Origin: an uncultured Chloroflexia bacterium
Lineage (GTDB): Bacteria; Chloroflexota; Limnocylindria; Limnocylindrales; CSP1-4
Length of the DNA stretch: 64,000 bases
Direction of reading: 5' to 3'
Assembly (NCBI GenBank): GCA_963759495.1
Contig: CAVWZL010000004.1
Coordinates: 13,097-77,096 of the forward strand
Shown here in pieces: positions 29,352-39,319 of the stretch (the first letter of the stretch is position 1; every line of letters begins with the position of its first letter). The notes under the pieces are model-generated. The model saw only the letters and a list, made by a program, of their open reading frames with translations. It did no database searches and had not been told where the DNA came from. The translations under genes were made by a program, and so were the position numbers.

Positions 29352-29993
29352 TCAGCCGGTCGGGCGCTCCAGGGCAGCCCGCTCGCGCTCGACCACCGGC
29401 CGCGCGAAGCAGCCCTCGACGTGGTCGTTCACCAGCCCCATGGCCTGCATCGCCGCGTACATCGTCGTCGGTCCGACGAACGCCCAGCCGCGCTTCCGGA
29501 GGTCCTTGCTGAGTGCGACGGACTCGGCGGTCGTCGTCATGGCGAACAGGGCGTCCCGATCAAGGACGGGTGGGCGAGAGTCGGGTGGCGGCTCGAATTG
29601 CCACAGGTAGGCTGCAAGGCTGCCGAACTCGCTGACAAGCGCCTCGTATCGACGGGCGTTGTTGATCGTCGCTTCGATCTTGCCGCGGTGGCGCACGATC
29701 CCGGCATCGCCGAGCAGCCGTGTGATGTCCGCGTCGTCGTATCGGGCGATCCGTTCGGGGCTGAAGCCGTGGAACGCATTCCGAAAGTTCTCGCGCTTGC
29801 GAAGGATCGTCAGCCAGCTCAGGCCGGACTGGAAGCCCTCCAGGCAGATCTTCTCGAACAGCCTCGTGTCGTCCACCACCGGCCGCCCCCACTCGCTGTC
29901 GTGGTATTCGACATTGAGCGGGTCGAGCCCGGCCCAGAAGCAGCGCGTCACCGCGTCGTCGCCAACGAGGATTCCGTCATCGGCAGCCGTCAT
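29352..29993 (-). CDS. tag: DNA-3-methyladenine glycosylase I
   Basis: 'RCFWAGLDPLNVEYHDSEWGRPVVDD..LFEKICLEGFQSGLSWLTILRKRENF'. ATG at 29993. Confidence 0.9.
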   Translation of the reverse strand: MTAADDGILVGDDAVTRCFWAGLDPLNVEYHDSEWGRPVVDDTRLFEKICLEGFQSGLSWLTILRKRENFRNAFHGFSPERIARYDDADITRLLGDAGIVRHRGKIEATINNARRYEALVSEFGSLAAYLWQFEPPPDSRPPVLDRDALFAMTTTAESVALSKDLRKRGWAFVGPTTMYAAMQAMGLVNDHVEGCFARPVVERERAALERPTG

Positions 29994-30102
29994 GTGTCGA
30001 CGATAGCGAGGCCAGTTGCCAGGACTTGACCGGAATCTCGCCGACATTCCGGCCGAGTCGAGACCGCAGATCTTGGTACCAGCCGCACCTGCGGGGGTGC
30101 GC

Positions 30103-31611
30103 TCATTCCGCGTCGCGCTTCTCGGTCTCCGCGAGCTTCCTGCGGTTTGCCTCGCGGGTCTTCAGCAGACCATCGCCGGCGTGCGGGGTGTTCTGTGGCC
30201 TGGGGTTGCGGTCGCGCGGCGTTCGGCCGGCGGCGCGGGCAGCGGCACGGGCCTCATCCCTGGCCGTCATGCGTGACGCGAGGGTCGCCTCGTAGCCCTG
30301 GTCATTCGGGAGGTAGTAGCGGCGCTCGGCAAGCTCGTCGGGAAGGTACTGCTGGTCGACGTCGGCGCCTTCGTAGTCGTGCGAGTACCTGTAGCCGACC
30401 CCGATCCCGTGCTGCTTCATCCCACGGTGCGCGGCATTCCGCAGGTGAAGCGGCACGGGCAGCGAGCCGCGTGCCTCGACATCGGAGACCGCCGCCCAGT
30501 AGGCCGATCCCGACCGGTTCGACTTCGGTGCGGTCGCGATGAACGTCGTCGCCTGCGCGAGCGCGTACTGCGCCTCGGGCAGGCCGATCCAGTCGAGCGC
30601 CTGCGCCGCTGCAACGGCGACCGTGAGCGCACGCGGATCGGCGTTGCCGACGTCCTCCGATGCGGAGATGATCAGGCGGCGCGCGATGAACTTCGGGTCC
30701 TCGCCGGCGGCGATCATCGACGCGAGCCAGTAGAGCGCGGCATCGGGATCGTTGCCGCGCAGGCTCTTGATGAACGCCGACGCGGTGTCGTAGTGACCGT
30801 CGCCGGCGCGGTCGTAGCCGAGGATCCGCTGCTGCGCGGCCGCCTCGACGTCCTCGAGCCGGGGCGCAACCCGACCCTCGGCATCGCGAACGTTCTCGGC
30901 CTCGGCAAGGGCCACGGCACCCTCCAGCACGTTGAGCGCCGATCGGGCGTCACCTCCGGCCAGCGAGATCAGGTGCTCGAACGCGGCGTCGTCCAGCGCA
31001 GCGCCGCCCTCCGGTCCTAGGGCCCCGGCGAGGCCACGTTCCGCGTCCGCGAGCGCGCGACGGACCACGGTGGCGACGTCCTCGTCGGTCAGCGACTCGA
31101 GGCGCCACACGCGCATGCGTGAGAGCAGCGCGGCGTTGACCTCGAAATAGGGGTTCTCGGTCGTCGCGCCAACGAGCGTCACCGTGCCGTCTTCGACGTG
31201 TGGCAGCAGGGCGTCCTGCTGGGCCTTGTTGAAGCGGTGGATCTCGTCGAGAAAGAGGACGGTGCGGGCTCCGTGGAGGGTCAGCCGCTCCTGCGCCTCG
31301 GCCAGGGTGGCGCGCACCTCCGCCACGCCAGACATCACCGCGCTCATCGTCGAGAAGTGCGCACCGATCTCGGCGGCGAGCAGCCGCGCAAGGCTCGTCT
31401 TGCCCGTGCCCGGTGGTCCCCACAGCAGCAGCGAGCTGAGATGCCCGCGCGCAACCGACCGTCGCAGCGGCCCACGATCCCCGACGAGGTGCTCCTGGCC
31501 GACGAACTCGTCGAGGGATCGGGGCCGCATCCGCGCGGCCAGCGGCTGGCGCTCGGGCGGTGGCTGGAAGAGCGCCTCGGGACGTGCGCCGGTGGGTCGC
31601 CGCGGTGGCAT
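30103..31611 (-). CDS. rarA: Replication-associated recombination protein A (MgsA/RarA AAA+ ATPase)
   Basis: 'MRPRSLDEFVGQEHLVG', '[19 protein letters not shown]', 'VLFLDEIHRFNKAQQDALLPHVEDGTVTLVGATTENP'. About 50 aa basic C-terminal extension. Intact. Confidence 0.9.
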   Translation of the reverse strand: MPPRRPTGARPEALFQPPPERQPLAARMRPRSLDEFVGQEHLVGDRGPLRRSVARGHLSSLLLWGPPGTGKTSLARLLAAEIGAHFSTMSAVMSGVAEVRATLAEAQERLTLHGARTVLFLDEIHRFNKAQQDALLPHVEDGTVTLVGATTENPYFEVNAALLSRMRVWRLESLTDEDVATVVRRALADAERGLAGALGPEGGAALDDAAFEHLISLAGGDARSALNVLEGAVALAEAENVRDAEGRVAPRLEDVEAAAQQRILGYDRAGDGHYDTASAFIKSLRGNDPDAALYWLASMIAAGEDPKFIARRLIISASEDVGNADPRALTVAVAAAQALDWIGLPEAQYALAQATTFIATAPKSNRSGSAYWAAVSDVEARGSLPVPLHLRNAAHRGMKQHGIGVGYRYSHDYEGADVDQQYLPDELAERRYYLPNDQGYEATLASRMTARDEARAAARAAGRTPRDRNPRPQNTPHAGDGLLKTREANRRKLAETEKRDAE

Positions 31612-31632
31612 GGCCGGATGGTAGCGCCCGGC

Positions 31633-32844
31633 CTACGCGACGCGGGCCAGCAGCTCGGCGGCGACGGCGGTTGCGACGACGACCGCGATCGGTGGCGCCT
31701 TGAGGCCGACGAGCAGGAGCGCCGCTCCTGCGGCGACCAGCGCGTCGAGGGGCGTTCGGACGGCGCTCGTCCAGACCGGCGTGACGAGGGCCGCCAGCAG
31801 GAGCCCGACGACGGCCGCGTTGACGCCCGTCAGGGCGCGCCGAACGCCGGCGCGGCCGCGCACCGCGTCCCAGAACGGCAGCACGCCCCAGACGAGGAGG
31901 AACGAGGGAAGAAAGATCGCGACGACCGCGACGGTCGCGCCCGGGACCCCGTTCGGGGCCGGGCCCATCGACGCGCCGAGGAACGCGGCGAAGGAGAACA
32001 GCGGTCCCGGGATGGCCTGTGCGGCGCCGTACCCCGCGAGGAACCGATCCTCGCTGACCCAGCCTGGCGTCACGACCGCTTCGTCAAGCAGGGGCAGCAC
32101 GACATGGCCACCGCCAAACACCAGGGCACCAGTACGGTAGAAGGTGTCGACCACGGCGACGACCTGGCTTCCGGCCGCCTCCCGAGCAATCGGCAGGAGC
32201 ACGAGCAGCACGCTGAAGGTCGCGAGTGCGACCAGTGCCCACCGCCGTCGGGGGATATGACCGGGTCCAGTTCCCGCTTCCGCCGGGGAACGTGCGGGAG
32301 AAGCGGGTGCCGACGGCGAGAGAACGGTCCGTCCGATGAGCGCCCCGGCGGCGATGATCGCGATCTGCGTCACGGCCGAAGGCAGGACCAGCGCCACGAC
32401 CGCGGCCGCGACGACCACGACCGAACGTGGGACGTCCCCGGCCAGCGCCCGCCACATTGACAGCACGGCGTGCGCAACGACCGCCACGGCGGCGAGCTTC
32501 AGCCCGTGGATCCACCCGGCGTCCGAGACCGGACCCGAGCCGGTGATGAGGGCGAAGGCGACCAGCAGGACTGCCGAGGGCACGGTGAACCCGAGCCAGG
32601 ACACGATGCCGCCCGCCCGACCGGCGCGCAGCGTCCCGATGGCGATGCCGAGCTGGCTGCTCGCCGGGCCGGGGAGGGCCTGACACAGGGCGAGCAGGTC
32701 GGCAAACCGCGACTCGTCCAGCCAGCCGCGACGCTCGACATACTCGCGCCGGAAGTAGCCGATGTGGGCGACTGGCCCGCCGAACGACGTGAGCCCGAGT
32801 CGGAGGGACGACGCAAGCACCTCGACGAGCGGACGAGGCTTCAC
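31633..32844 (-). CDS. chrA: Chromate transporter (ChrA/CHR family)
   Basis: 'GLTSFGGPVAHIGYFRREYVERRGWLDE..FADLLALCQALPGPASSQ' and a second CHR half 'GALVFGGGHVVLPLL'. Intact. Confidence 0.85.
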   Translation of the reverse strand: MKPRPLVEVLASSLRLGLTSFGGPVAHIGYFRREYVERRGWLDESRFADLLALCQALPGPASSQLGIAIGTLRAGRAGGIVSWLGFTVPSAVLLVAFALITGSGPVSDAGWIHGLKLAAVAVVAHAVLSMWRALAGDVPRSVVVVAAAVVALVLPSAVTQIAIIAAGALIGRTVLSPSAPASPARSPAEAGTGPGHIPRRRWALVALATFSVLLVLLPIAREAAGSQVVAVVDTFYRTGALVFGGGHVVLPLLDEAVVTPGWVSEDRFLAGYGAAQAIPGPLFSFAAFLGASMGPAPNGVPGATVAVVAIFLPSFLLVWGVLPFWDAVRGRAGVRRALTGVNAAVVGLLLAALVTPVWTSAVRTPLDALVAAGAALLLVGLKAPPIAVVVATAVAAELLARVA

Positions 32845-32887
32845 GCGGAGCCAGGCAGACAGCGCGGCATCGGTGGCCGCGCGAGGA

Positions 32888-33301
32888 TCAGCCCGCGGCG
32901 CCGGTGGCCTGGAAGACGATCCAGAAGCCGAAGAGGATCGCCAGGAGCAGGGCGACCACGATCGTCAGGCGGCGTACGTCGCGGGCCACGTAGGCGTACT
33001 CGTCGGCAGCACTGATGGCCAGGGGCGCCGAGGCCCTGACGGCGGCGCTCTCAGCCGTGCCACGGCGGTCGCGATCCCGCGCCCGACGCTGGGCGGTCTC
33101 GGCGGTTCGCTCCTCCTCGAGAATCTTTGCCTCGAGCTCGGCGGCGCGCGCCTCCTCCTCGGCCGTGAGCGTGACCGGGCGTGTCGCGGGCGCGGGTGCG
33201 GGGCCACCGGCCGCGCTGCTGGAGGTTCCCGGGCGCGGCGGGCGCTGCAGGGGGCTACGCTGGCCCGGTCGGCTGCTGCTGCCGCGTGTTCGCTTCGCCA
33301 T
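32888..33301 (-). CDS. Hypothetical tail-anchored membrane protein
   Basis: ATG at 33301. Basic/Pro-rich N-terminus, charged helix 'TAEEEARAAELEAKILEEERTAE', 'DEYAYVARDVRRL', then a single C-terminal TM 'TIVVALLLAILFGFWIVF'. Confidence 0.5.
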   Translation of the reverse strand: MAKRTRGSSSRPGQRSPLQRPPRPGTSSSAAGGPAPAPATRPVTLTAEEEARAAELEAKILEEERTAETAQRRARDRDRRGTAESAAVRASAPLAISAADEYAYVARDVRRLTIVVALLLAILFGFWIVFQATGAAG

Positions 33302-33499
33302 GCTGCTCGGACGGCCTCCAGGGGCGATCGGTCGGGTGGGATCGTGGCCGCGGACGGGGCGGCGATGAGGGCCAGAGGATACACCGCGAACCCGGCGATA
33401 CGTCGGCGCCAAGAGGTGCCCTGCTAGACTCGGATCACCCCATCGGAGGACCGTCGCATCGACATCGACGCGCTCGTCGACCCGTACCTGCCGGCCATC

Positions 33500-33979
33500 G
33501 TGGCCGCCCTCGGCATCCTCGTTCTGCTCCTGCTCGTCGTGGTCCTCACACAGGGTCGTCGTATCCGGCGACTGGCCCGCCGGCTGGATCAGCTGACCCG
33601 CGGCGAGGACGGCAAGGACCTGGGGGCTGTGCTCCACGCGCATCTCGACAAGGTGTCCTCGGTCTCGCGCGAGATCGACGAGCTGACGGTCCGGACCGCG
33701 ATGGCCGAGACGAACCTGCGGCGCTCATTCCAGCGGATCGGCATGGTGCGGTTCAACCCGTTCGAGGACACCGGTGGCAACCAGAGCTTTGCGCTCGCGC
33801 TGCTCGACGCGAACGGCGACGGCGTCATCGTGAGCAGCCTGCACTCGCGCACCGGGACCAGGGTCTACGCGAAGGGCGTGACCGCTGGCCGCTCGGAGGC
33901 GGCGCTCTCGGACGAGGAGAGCCGGGCGGTCCAGGATGCGATGGCCGGCGCCTCCGCGCGAACCCCGAGCCCGGTCTGA
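33500..33979 (+). CDS. DUF4446-family protein
   Basis: N-terminal TM plus 'LRRSFQRIGMVRFNPFEDTGGNQSFALALLDANGDGVIVSSLHSRTGTRVYAK'. The first canonical start in frame is GTG 33500. The frame is open from 33428, and a GGAGGA at 33445 precedes an in-frame ATC at 33458, so the true 5' end is uncertain. Confidence 0.75.
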   Translation: MAALGILVLLLLVVVLTQGRRIRRLARRLDQLTRGEDGKDLGAVLHAHLDKVSSVSREIDELTVRTAMAETNLRRSFQRIGMVRFNPFEDTGGNQSFALALLDANGDGVIVSSLHSRTGTRVYAKGVTAGRSEAALSDEESRAVQDAMAGASARTPSPV

Positions 33980-34016
33980 CAGGCTAGGTGGCACGGCGGT
34001 CGCAGATGCTCGCTGC

Positions 34017-37000
34017 ATGGCCCCCACCTCCCAAGCGCAGCACGCACCAGTCCAGGCCGACGACGCGGCCGAATCCACGATGACCCGAACACGCACGCGA
34101 ACGCGGCGTGAGCCTGCCCCGCTCGAGCAGATCCCAGCCTGGAACGAGCTGGCACCCGTCCTGACGTCGCCTTCGACGGCCGACGCCCCGGGGGGCCTGG
34201 ATGCGCTCCTTGGCGGCCTGAACCCGGATCAGCTTCGCGCCGTCACCCACGGGGAGGGACCGCTGCTCGTCATCGCCGGTGCCGGCACGGGCAAGACCCA
34301 GGTCATCACGCGGCGAATCGCCTGGCTCATCGCGACGCGTCGGGCGCGCCCGTCGGAGATTCTCGCCCTCACGTTCACCGACAAGGCTGCCGAGGAGATG
34401 GCCGTCCGGGTGGATCAGCTCGCACCGTACGGGTACACGGACACGGCGATCTCGACCTTCCACGCGTTCGGGGACGGGCTGATCCGCGAATACGCGCTGG
34501 AGCTGGGGCTGCCACCCGACGTCCGTGTCCTGTCCCGTGCCGAGGTCGTGATCTTCCTTCGCGAGCACCTGTTCGAGCTCGGGCTCGACGAGTATCGACC
34601 CCTGGGTGATCCGACCCGCTTTCTCTCCGCGCTGGCGACCCTGTTCAGCCGCTGCAAGGACGAGGACGTCTCACCCGCTGCGCACCTGGTCCATGCCCGC
34701 CGGCTCGAAGCCGAGGCATCGGCCGCCGCGGCGGCACTCGCGGACGCACCCGACGGCGGCTCGGACGCCGATCGTGACGCCGCCGATGCCCTGGCCGAAA
34801 CCGCTCGCCGGCAGCTCGAGCTGGCCGGTGCGTACGCCAGATACCAGGAGCTGCTCGCGTCGAACGGGTTCATCGACTTCGGCGACCAGGTTGCGCTCGC
34901 GCTCCGGCTGGTGCGCGAGTCCGCAGCGGCCCGGGAGGCGATCCAGAACCGCTTTCGCTACGTCCTCGTGGACGAGTTCCAGGACACGAACCGCGCGCAG
35001 GCGGAGCTGGTCGGCCTCATCGCGGAACGGCATCGGAACGTGACCGTGGTGGGCGACGACGACCAGGCGATCTACGCGTTCCGGGGTGCGGCGGTCGACA
35101 ACATCCTCGACTTCCAGGATCGATATCGCGGCGCACGCACCGTGGTGCTGCGACGCAACTACCGTTCCCACGCGCCGGTCCTGGACGCCTCGTACCGCCT
35201 GGTGCGCTTCAACGACCCGGACCGGCTCGAGGTACGGACCGGGATCTCGAAGCGGCTGCGCGCTGAACGGGTCGTCGCCGCACCCGCACCCGTGCGGCTC
35301 GAGGCATTTGCGACCGGGGCCGAGGAGGCGGACTGGGTGGCCGCCGAGATCGCACGTCGGATCGAAGCCGGCGCACGGCCTCGCGATCACGCGGTGCTCG
35401 TCCGGGCCAACGGCCATGCGGACCCGATCCTGCGGGCGCTCAACGTCGCGGGCATCCCGTGGCGGTTCTCCGGCACGTCCGGGCTGTACGCCCGGCCCGA
35501 GGTGCGGCTGCTCATGGCGTTCCTGCGCAGCGTCGCGGACCTCGGTTCCAGCGTCGACGTGTATGCGCTGGCCGCGTCGGACCTGTACGGCTTCAACGGC
35601 GAGGACCTGACGGCGATCGTGCAGACGGCGCGGCGCCGCAATCGATCCGTGTGGGACGTGCTCGAGGAGCTCGATCGACAGCCGGGTATCCTCCGCATCG
35701 CCGCCGACAGCCGTGCGAGCGCGTCACGACTCGTCGCCGATCTGCGCAGCTACAGCGCGCTCGCGCACGAGCGTCCGGCCGGCGAGGTGCTGTACGCGTT
35801 CCTGCGCGGGACCGGCATGCTGGCTCGGTTCGCCGGGACGGATACCGTGGCCGCGGAGGAGGCACTCCAGAACATCGCCCGGTTCTTCGAGATCGTGCAT
35901 GCCCAGTCGGTGCTTCTTGCCGACGACCGCGCCGTCTTCGTCGCGCGCCACCTCCAGACCCTGATCGAGGCCGGCGACGATCCGGCCACCGCCGAGCTCG
36001 ATCCGGATGCCGACGCGGTTGCCGTGCTGACCGTGCACAAGGCAAAGGGGCTCGAGTTTCCCGTGGTGTTCCTGCCGGGTCTCGTGGCGGGACGCTTCCC
36101 GCTGCCGGGCCGCAGCGAAGGGCTCGGCCTGCCGGCGGGCCTCGGGCGAGGAACGCCACCGACCGTCGAGACGGCACTGACCGAGGAACGCCGCCTCTTC
36201 TACGTCGCGATGACGCGCGCACGGGACGAGCTCGTCCTCAGTCACGCCGCGGACTACGGTGGCGCGCGGGCACGGCGGATCTCGCCCTTCGTCCTGGAGG
36301 CGCTCGACCTGCCGGCCACCGCGGCGACCCCGGGTGCCGGCGCTGCAGTATCGACCCCGCTGGAGCGACTGGCCGCGTTCGAGGCGGCAGCCGTGTCCGT
36401 CGAGGCGCCGCGCGGTCCCATCACCGAACCGCTCTCGCTCAGCTTCTACCAGGTGGACGACTACCTGACGTGCCCGCTCAAGTACAAGTACGCCCACGTG
36501 CTGCGGGTGCCACTCGCCCCGCACCACGCGATCATCTACGGCGCGGCGCTGCACAAGGCCGTGCAGATGTTCCACCACCGGCACGCACGTGGTCACGTGA
36601 TGACCGACGCCGAGCTGATCGAGGTCTTCGAGTCGGCGTGGTCGAACGACGGCTTCGTCAGCCGGGAGCACGAAGAGGCCCGGCTCGAGGCGGGCCGCTC
36701 GGCGCTCCGTCGGTTTCGCGAGGCGCAGCTCGCGCCCGGATGCCGTGATCCCGACCTACGTCGAGCGGGAGTTCAGCTTCATCCTCAATGGGGATCGCGT
36801 GCGTGGCCGCTGGGACCGGGTCGACGTTGTCCCCGCCGGCGGACGGCCCGCCCGACACGCAGCCGGCGTCGACCCAGAGTGCCGATGTCGTCAGCCCGAC
36901 GCTCGGCATCCTCGGCCGCGAGCGGGTGACGATCACGGACTACAAGTCGTCGGATGTGCGCGATCCGGCCAAGGCGCGGCAGCGGGCCCGGGACTCGCTC

Positions 37001-37252
37001 CAGCTCGCGATCTACGCGATGGGCTACGAGGCCATGACGGGCCGGCTGCCCGATGCCGTCCAGCTCCATTTCCTCGAGTCCGGGCTCGTCGGCCGGGTTG
37101 AGGTCGAGCCGAAACGCCTGGCCAAGGCACGCGCCCGGATCACCGAGGCGGCGGCCGGGATCCGCGCCCGTGACTACACGGCGCGGCCGGATTACCTCGC
37201 GTGCACCTACTGCGCGTTCCGTGACATCTGCCCGGCGAGCGTCGCGACCTGA
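34017..37252 (+). pseudogene. UvrD/PcrA-like SF1 helicase fused to a C-terminal PD-(D/E)XK (Cas4/AddB-like) nuclease domain; two frame changes near 36740 and 36800-36850
   Basis: 'LLVIAGAGTGKTQVITRRIAWL', 'ILALTFTDKAAEEM', 'VLVDEFQDTNRAQ', 'VTVVGDDDQAIYAFRGA', 'LTVHKAKGLEFPVVFL', 'RRLFYVAMTRARDELVLS'. The tail is 'VTITDYKSSDV..LQLAIYA..YLACTYCAFRDICP' (ORFs 33936-36929, 36745-37101, 36788-37252). Confidence 0.8.
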
Positions 37253-37283
37253 TCGGCCACGGACCGGCGGCTAGACTCGGGGC

Positions 37284-37658
37284 GTGGAACCGCGCGACCG
37301 CTCGGCCAATCTCGGGATCCTTGCTGCGGCGGCCGTGGTCTGGGTCCTCGTGTGGCTCGTGCTGACGACGCGCGACCCCCTGACGGACCCGGGGGCAGGG
37401 TTCGTCGGCGCCGGGCTGATCGGGCTTGCGATCGGGCTCACCTCGATCCCGCTGTTCTGGCTGCTCGTGTTCGCACGGCATCGCCGCATCGCATATCGCG
37501 GGGACTGGACCAGGGCAATCCGGCGCGGGGCCTGGGTCGGGCTGCTGTTGACCGTCCTCGTCCTGCTCCGGCTCGAAGGCGTGCTCGTGCTCCCCATCGT
37601 CCTCTTCATGCTGGCCCTCATCGTCGTCGCCGAGATGACGCTCTCCGCGGAACGCTGA
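37284..37658 (+). CDS. Hypothetical membrane protein (about 4 TM)
   Basis: GTG start. Hydrophobic segments 'LGILAAAAVVWVLVWLVL', 'GAGLIGLAIGLTSIPLFWLLVF', 'AWVGLLLTVLVLL' and 'LPIVLFMLALIVVA'. No family recognised. Confidence 0.45.
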   Translation: MEPRDRSANLGILAAAAVVWVLVWLVLTTRDPLTDPGAGFVGAGLIGLAIGLTSIPLFWLLVFARHRRIAYRGDWTRAIRRGAWVGLLLTVLVLLRLEGVLVLPIVLFMLALIVVAEMTLSAER

Positions 37659-37718
37659 CGCCTCGACGGCGACGCGGCGGTAGGCTTCGGCCACCCCACA
37701 ACCCTGCCCGGAGGATCC

Positions 37719-38921
37719 GTGACGCTCGCAAGCCAGGAGCCGGCACCGCCCCACGCCGAGGCCAAGCGCAGGCTGGCCCAGGCCGTTGAGGCGCATCGGG
37801 ACGAGATCATCGCGCTCTCGCAACGCATCCACGCCAATCCCGAGCCGGCGTTCGAGGAGCACAAGGCAGCGGCATGGGTGGCAGAAGCCGTGGCCCGACA
37901 CGGCTTCGAGGTCGAGCATCCGGCGGGTCGCCTCCCAACGGCCGTGCGAGCGGTCCGGCGCGGCGGACGCGGTGTCGCTGGGCCACGGATCGGGATCCTC
38001 GCCGAGTACGACGCGCTGCCCGGTCTCGGTCACGGCTGTGGCCACAACACGATGGCGGCGTCGGGGGTCGGTGCGGCGATCGCACTTGCCTCGATCGCCG
38101 ACGAGCTCGCCGGCGAGATCGTGTTCCTCGGCACGCCCGCCGAGGAGCGCGGCAGCGGCAAGCAGTTCATGCTCGACGACGGCCTGTTCGAGGGGGTGGA
38201 TGCCGCCCTCCTGTTCCATCCAGCGGACAAGACCCAGGTCGACAGCGTGCTGCTTGCTTCGGAAGACGTCGAGGTGACGTTCACCGGTCTCCAGGCGCAC
38301 GCCGCGTCGGACCCCTGGATGGGCAAGAACGCGCTCGATGCGCTGGTCCTGCTGTTCACCGGGATCGGCCTGTGGCGCCAGCAGCTTCCCCAGCACGCGC
38401 GCGTCCACGGGATCGTGATCGAGGGCGGGACGGCCGCGAACATCATCCCGGACCGCACGGTTGGCCGGTTCATGATCCGAAGCACCGATCAGGCCTACTA
38501 CGAGTCGATGCGCGACCGCTTCCGGGCCATTGCCGAGGGCGCTGCGGCCGCGACCGACACGACGGTCGAGGTGGTGTTCAGCGGAGGCTCGACCACGATG
38601 AAGGACAACGCCGTGCTGCGGGGTCGCTTCCGCGCGAACCTGGAGGCGCGCGGTCTCGTGTCCGTGCCGGTCGATCCCGCGAACCTGGGCAGCAGCGACA
38701 TGGGCAACGTGTCGCTCGTCCTGCCGACGATTCACCCCTCGATCGCGATCTGCGACGAAGGCGTCCCGTGGCATTCGATCCAGTCACGCGATGCCGCGGC
38801 CACGCCCCGGGCTGACGAGGTGACCCTCCTCGCGGCCACGCTCATCGCCGAGACCGCGTATGACCTCTTCGCGGACCCGGCGCTCGTCGAGGCCGCCTGG
38901 GCGGAGTTCCGGGCAGGCTAG
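37719..38921 (+). CDS. M20-family amidohydrolase (AbgB/M20D-like)
   Basis: GTG with GGAGG 5 nt upstream. 'EPAFEEHKAAAWV', 'ILAEYDALPGLGHGCGHN', 'LGTPAEERGSGK', 'FTGLQAHAASDPWMGKNALDA'. Intact. Confidence 0.8.
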   Translation: MTLASQEPAPPHAEAKRRLAQAVEAHRDEIIALSQRIHANPEPAFEEHKAAAWVAEAVARHGFEVEHPAGRLPTAVRAVRRGGRGVAGPRIGILAEYDALPGLGHGCGHNTMAASGVGAAIALASIADELAGEIVFLGTPAEERGSGKQFMLDDGLFEGVDAALLFHPADKTQVDSVLLASEDVEVTFTGLQAHAASDPWMGKNALDALVLLFTGIGLWRQQLPQHARVHGIVIEGGTAANIIPDRTVGRFMIRSTDQAYYESMRDRFRAIAEGAAAATDTTVEVVFSGGSTTMKDNAVLRGRFRANLEARGLVSVPVDPANLGSSDMGNVSLVLPTIHPSIAICDEGVPWHSIQSRDAAATPRADEVTLLAATLIAETAYDLFADPALVEAAWAEFRAG

Positions 38922-38960
38922 CGGGCTCCGCGGGAGGGCCGCGGATCGTTGCTCCTGTTG

Positions 38961-39127
38961 GTGATGAGTGTTCGCGGCATCAAGCCCGGGGCGCGTTGTG
39001 CGCACGTTGATCCGCTGCCACGAAGCGTGCCGCCGTCGGTGATGCGGATTTCACGGCATCGGGTCGCGTGGGCCGGCTGGTCGCGCCGGGCTCGACGCGG
39101 GCCAGCTATGCCGCGAACACTCATCAC
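38961..39127. repeat. Perfect 20-bp inverted repeat enclosing 127 nt (MITE-like element or long RNA stem)
   Basis: gtgatgagtgttcgcggcat (38961-38980) is the exact reverse complement of atgccgcgaacactcatcac (39108-39127). The interior contains further hairpins (ATCCGC..GCGGAT, CACG-aag-CGTG). It lies in the 398-nt gap upstream of the ureohydrolase gene. Confidence 0.9.
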
Positions 39128-39319
39128 GCGGAGGGACAAGGTCCGGCGAGGTCATGGACGGGCGCTGGCGAGCGCGGGCAGGCCTTGGGCGGGCTCCGGC
39201 GCCCTGCGAGTGGAGTAGGATGCGTCCGGCGCCCCGCTGGACGACGGCTGCGAACCGGCGGCGCCCCTACGAGACGGTGAGCACGGCAACGTCAGGCCGC
39301 CCGTCTCCCGGAGGTCCCC

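Noticed and set aside
38918-39218. ORFs 38949-39218(+) and 38918-39139(-), which share the peptide 'VMSVRGI'.
   Set aside because: The shared peptide is a direct consequence of the 20-bp inverted repeat being read on both strands. Neither ORF has a ribosome-binding site or a family match.
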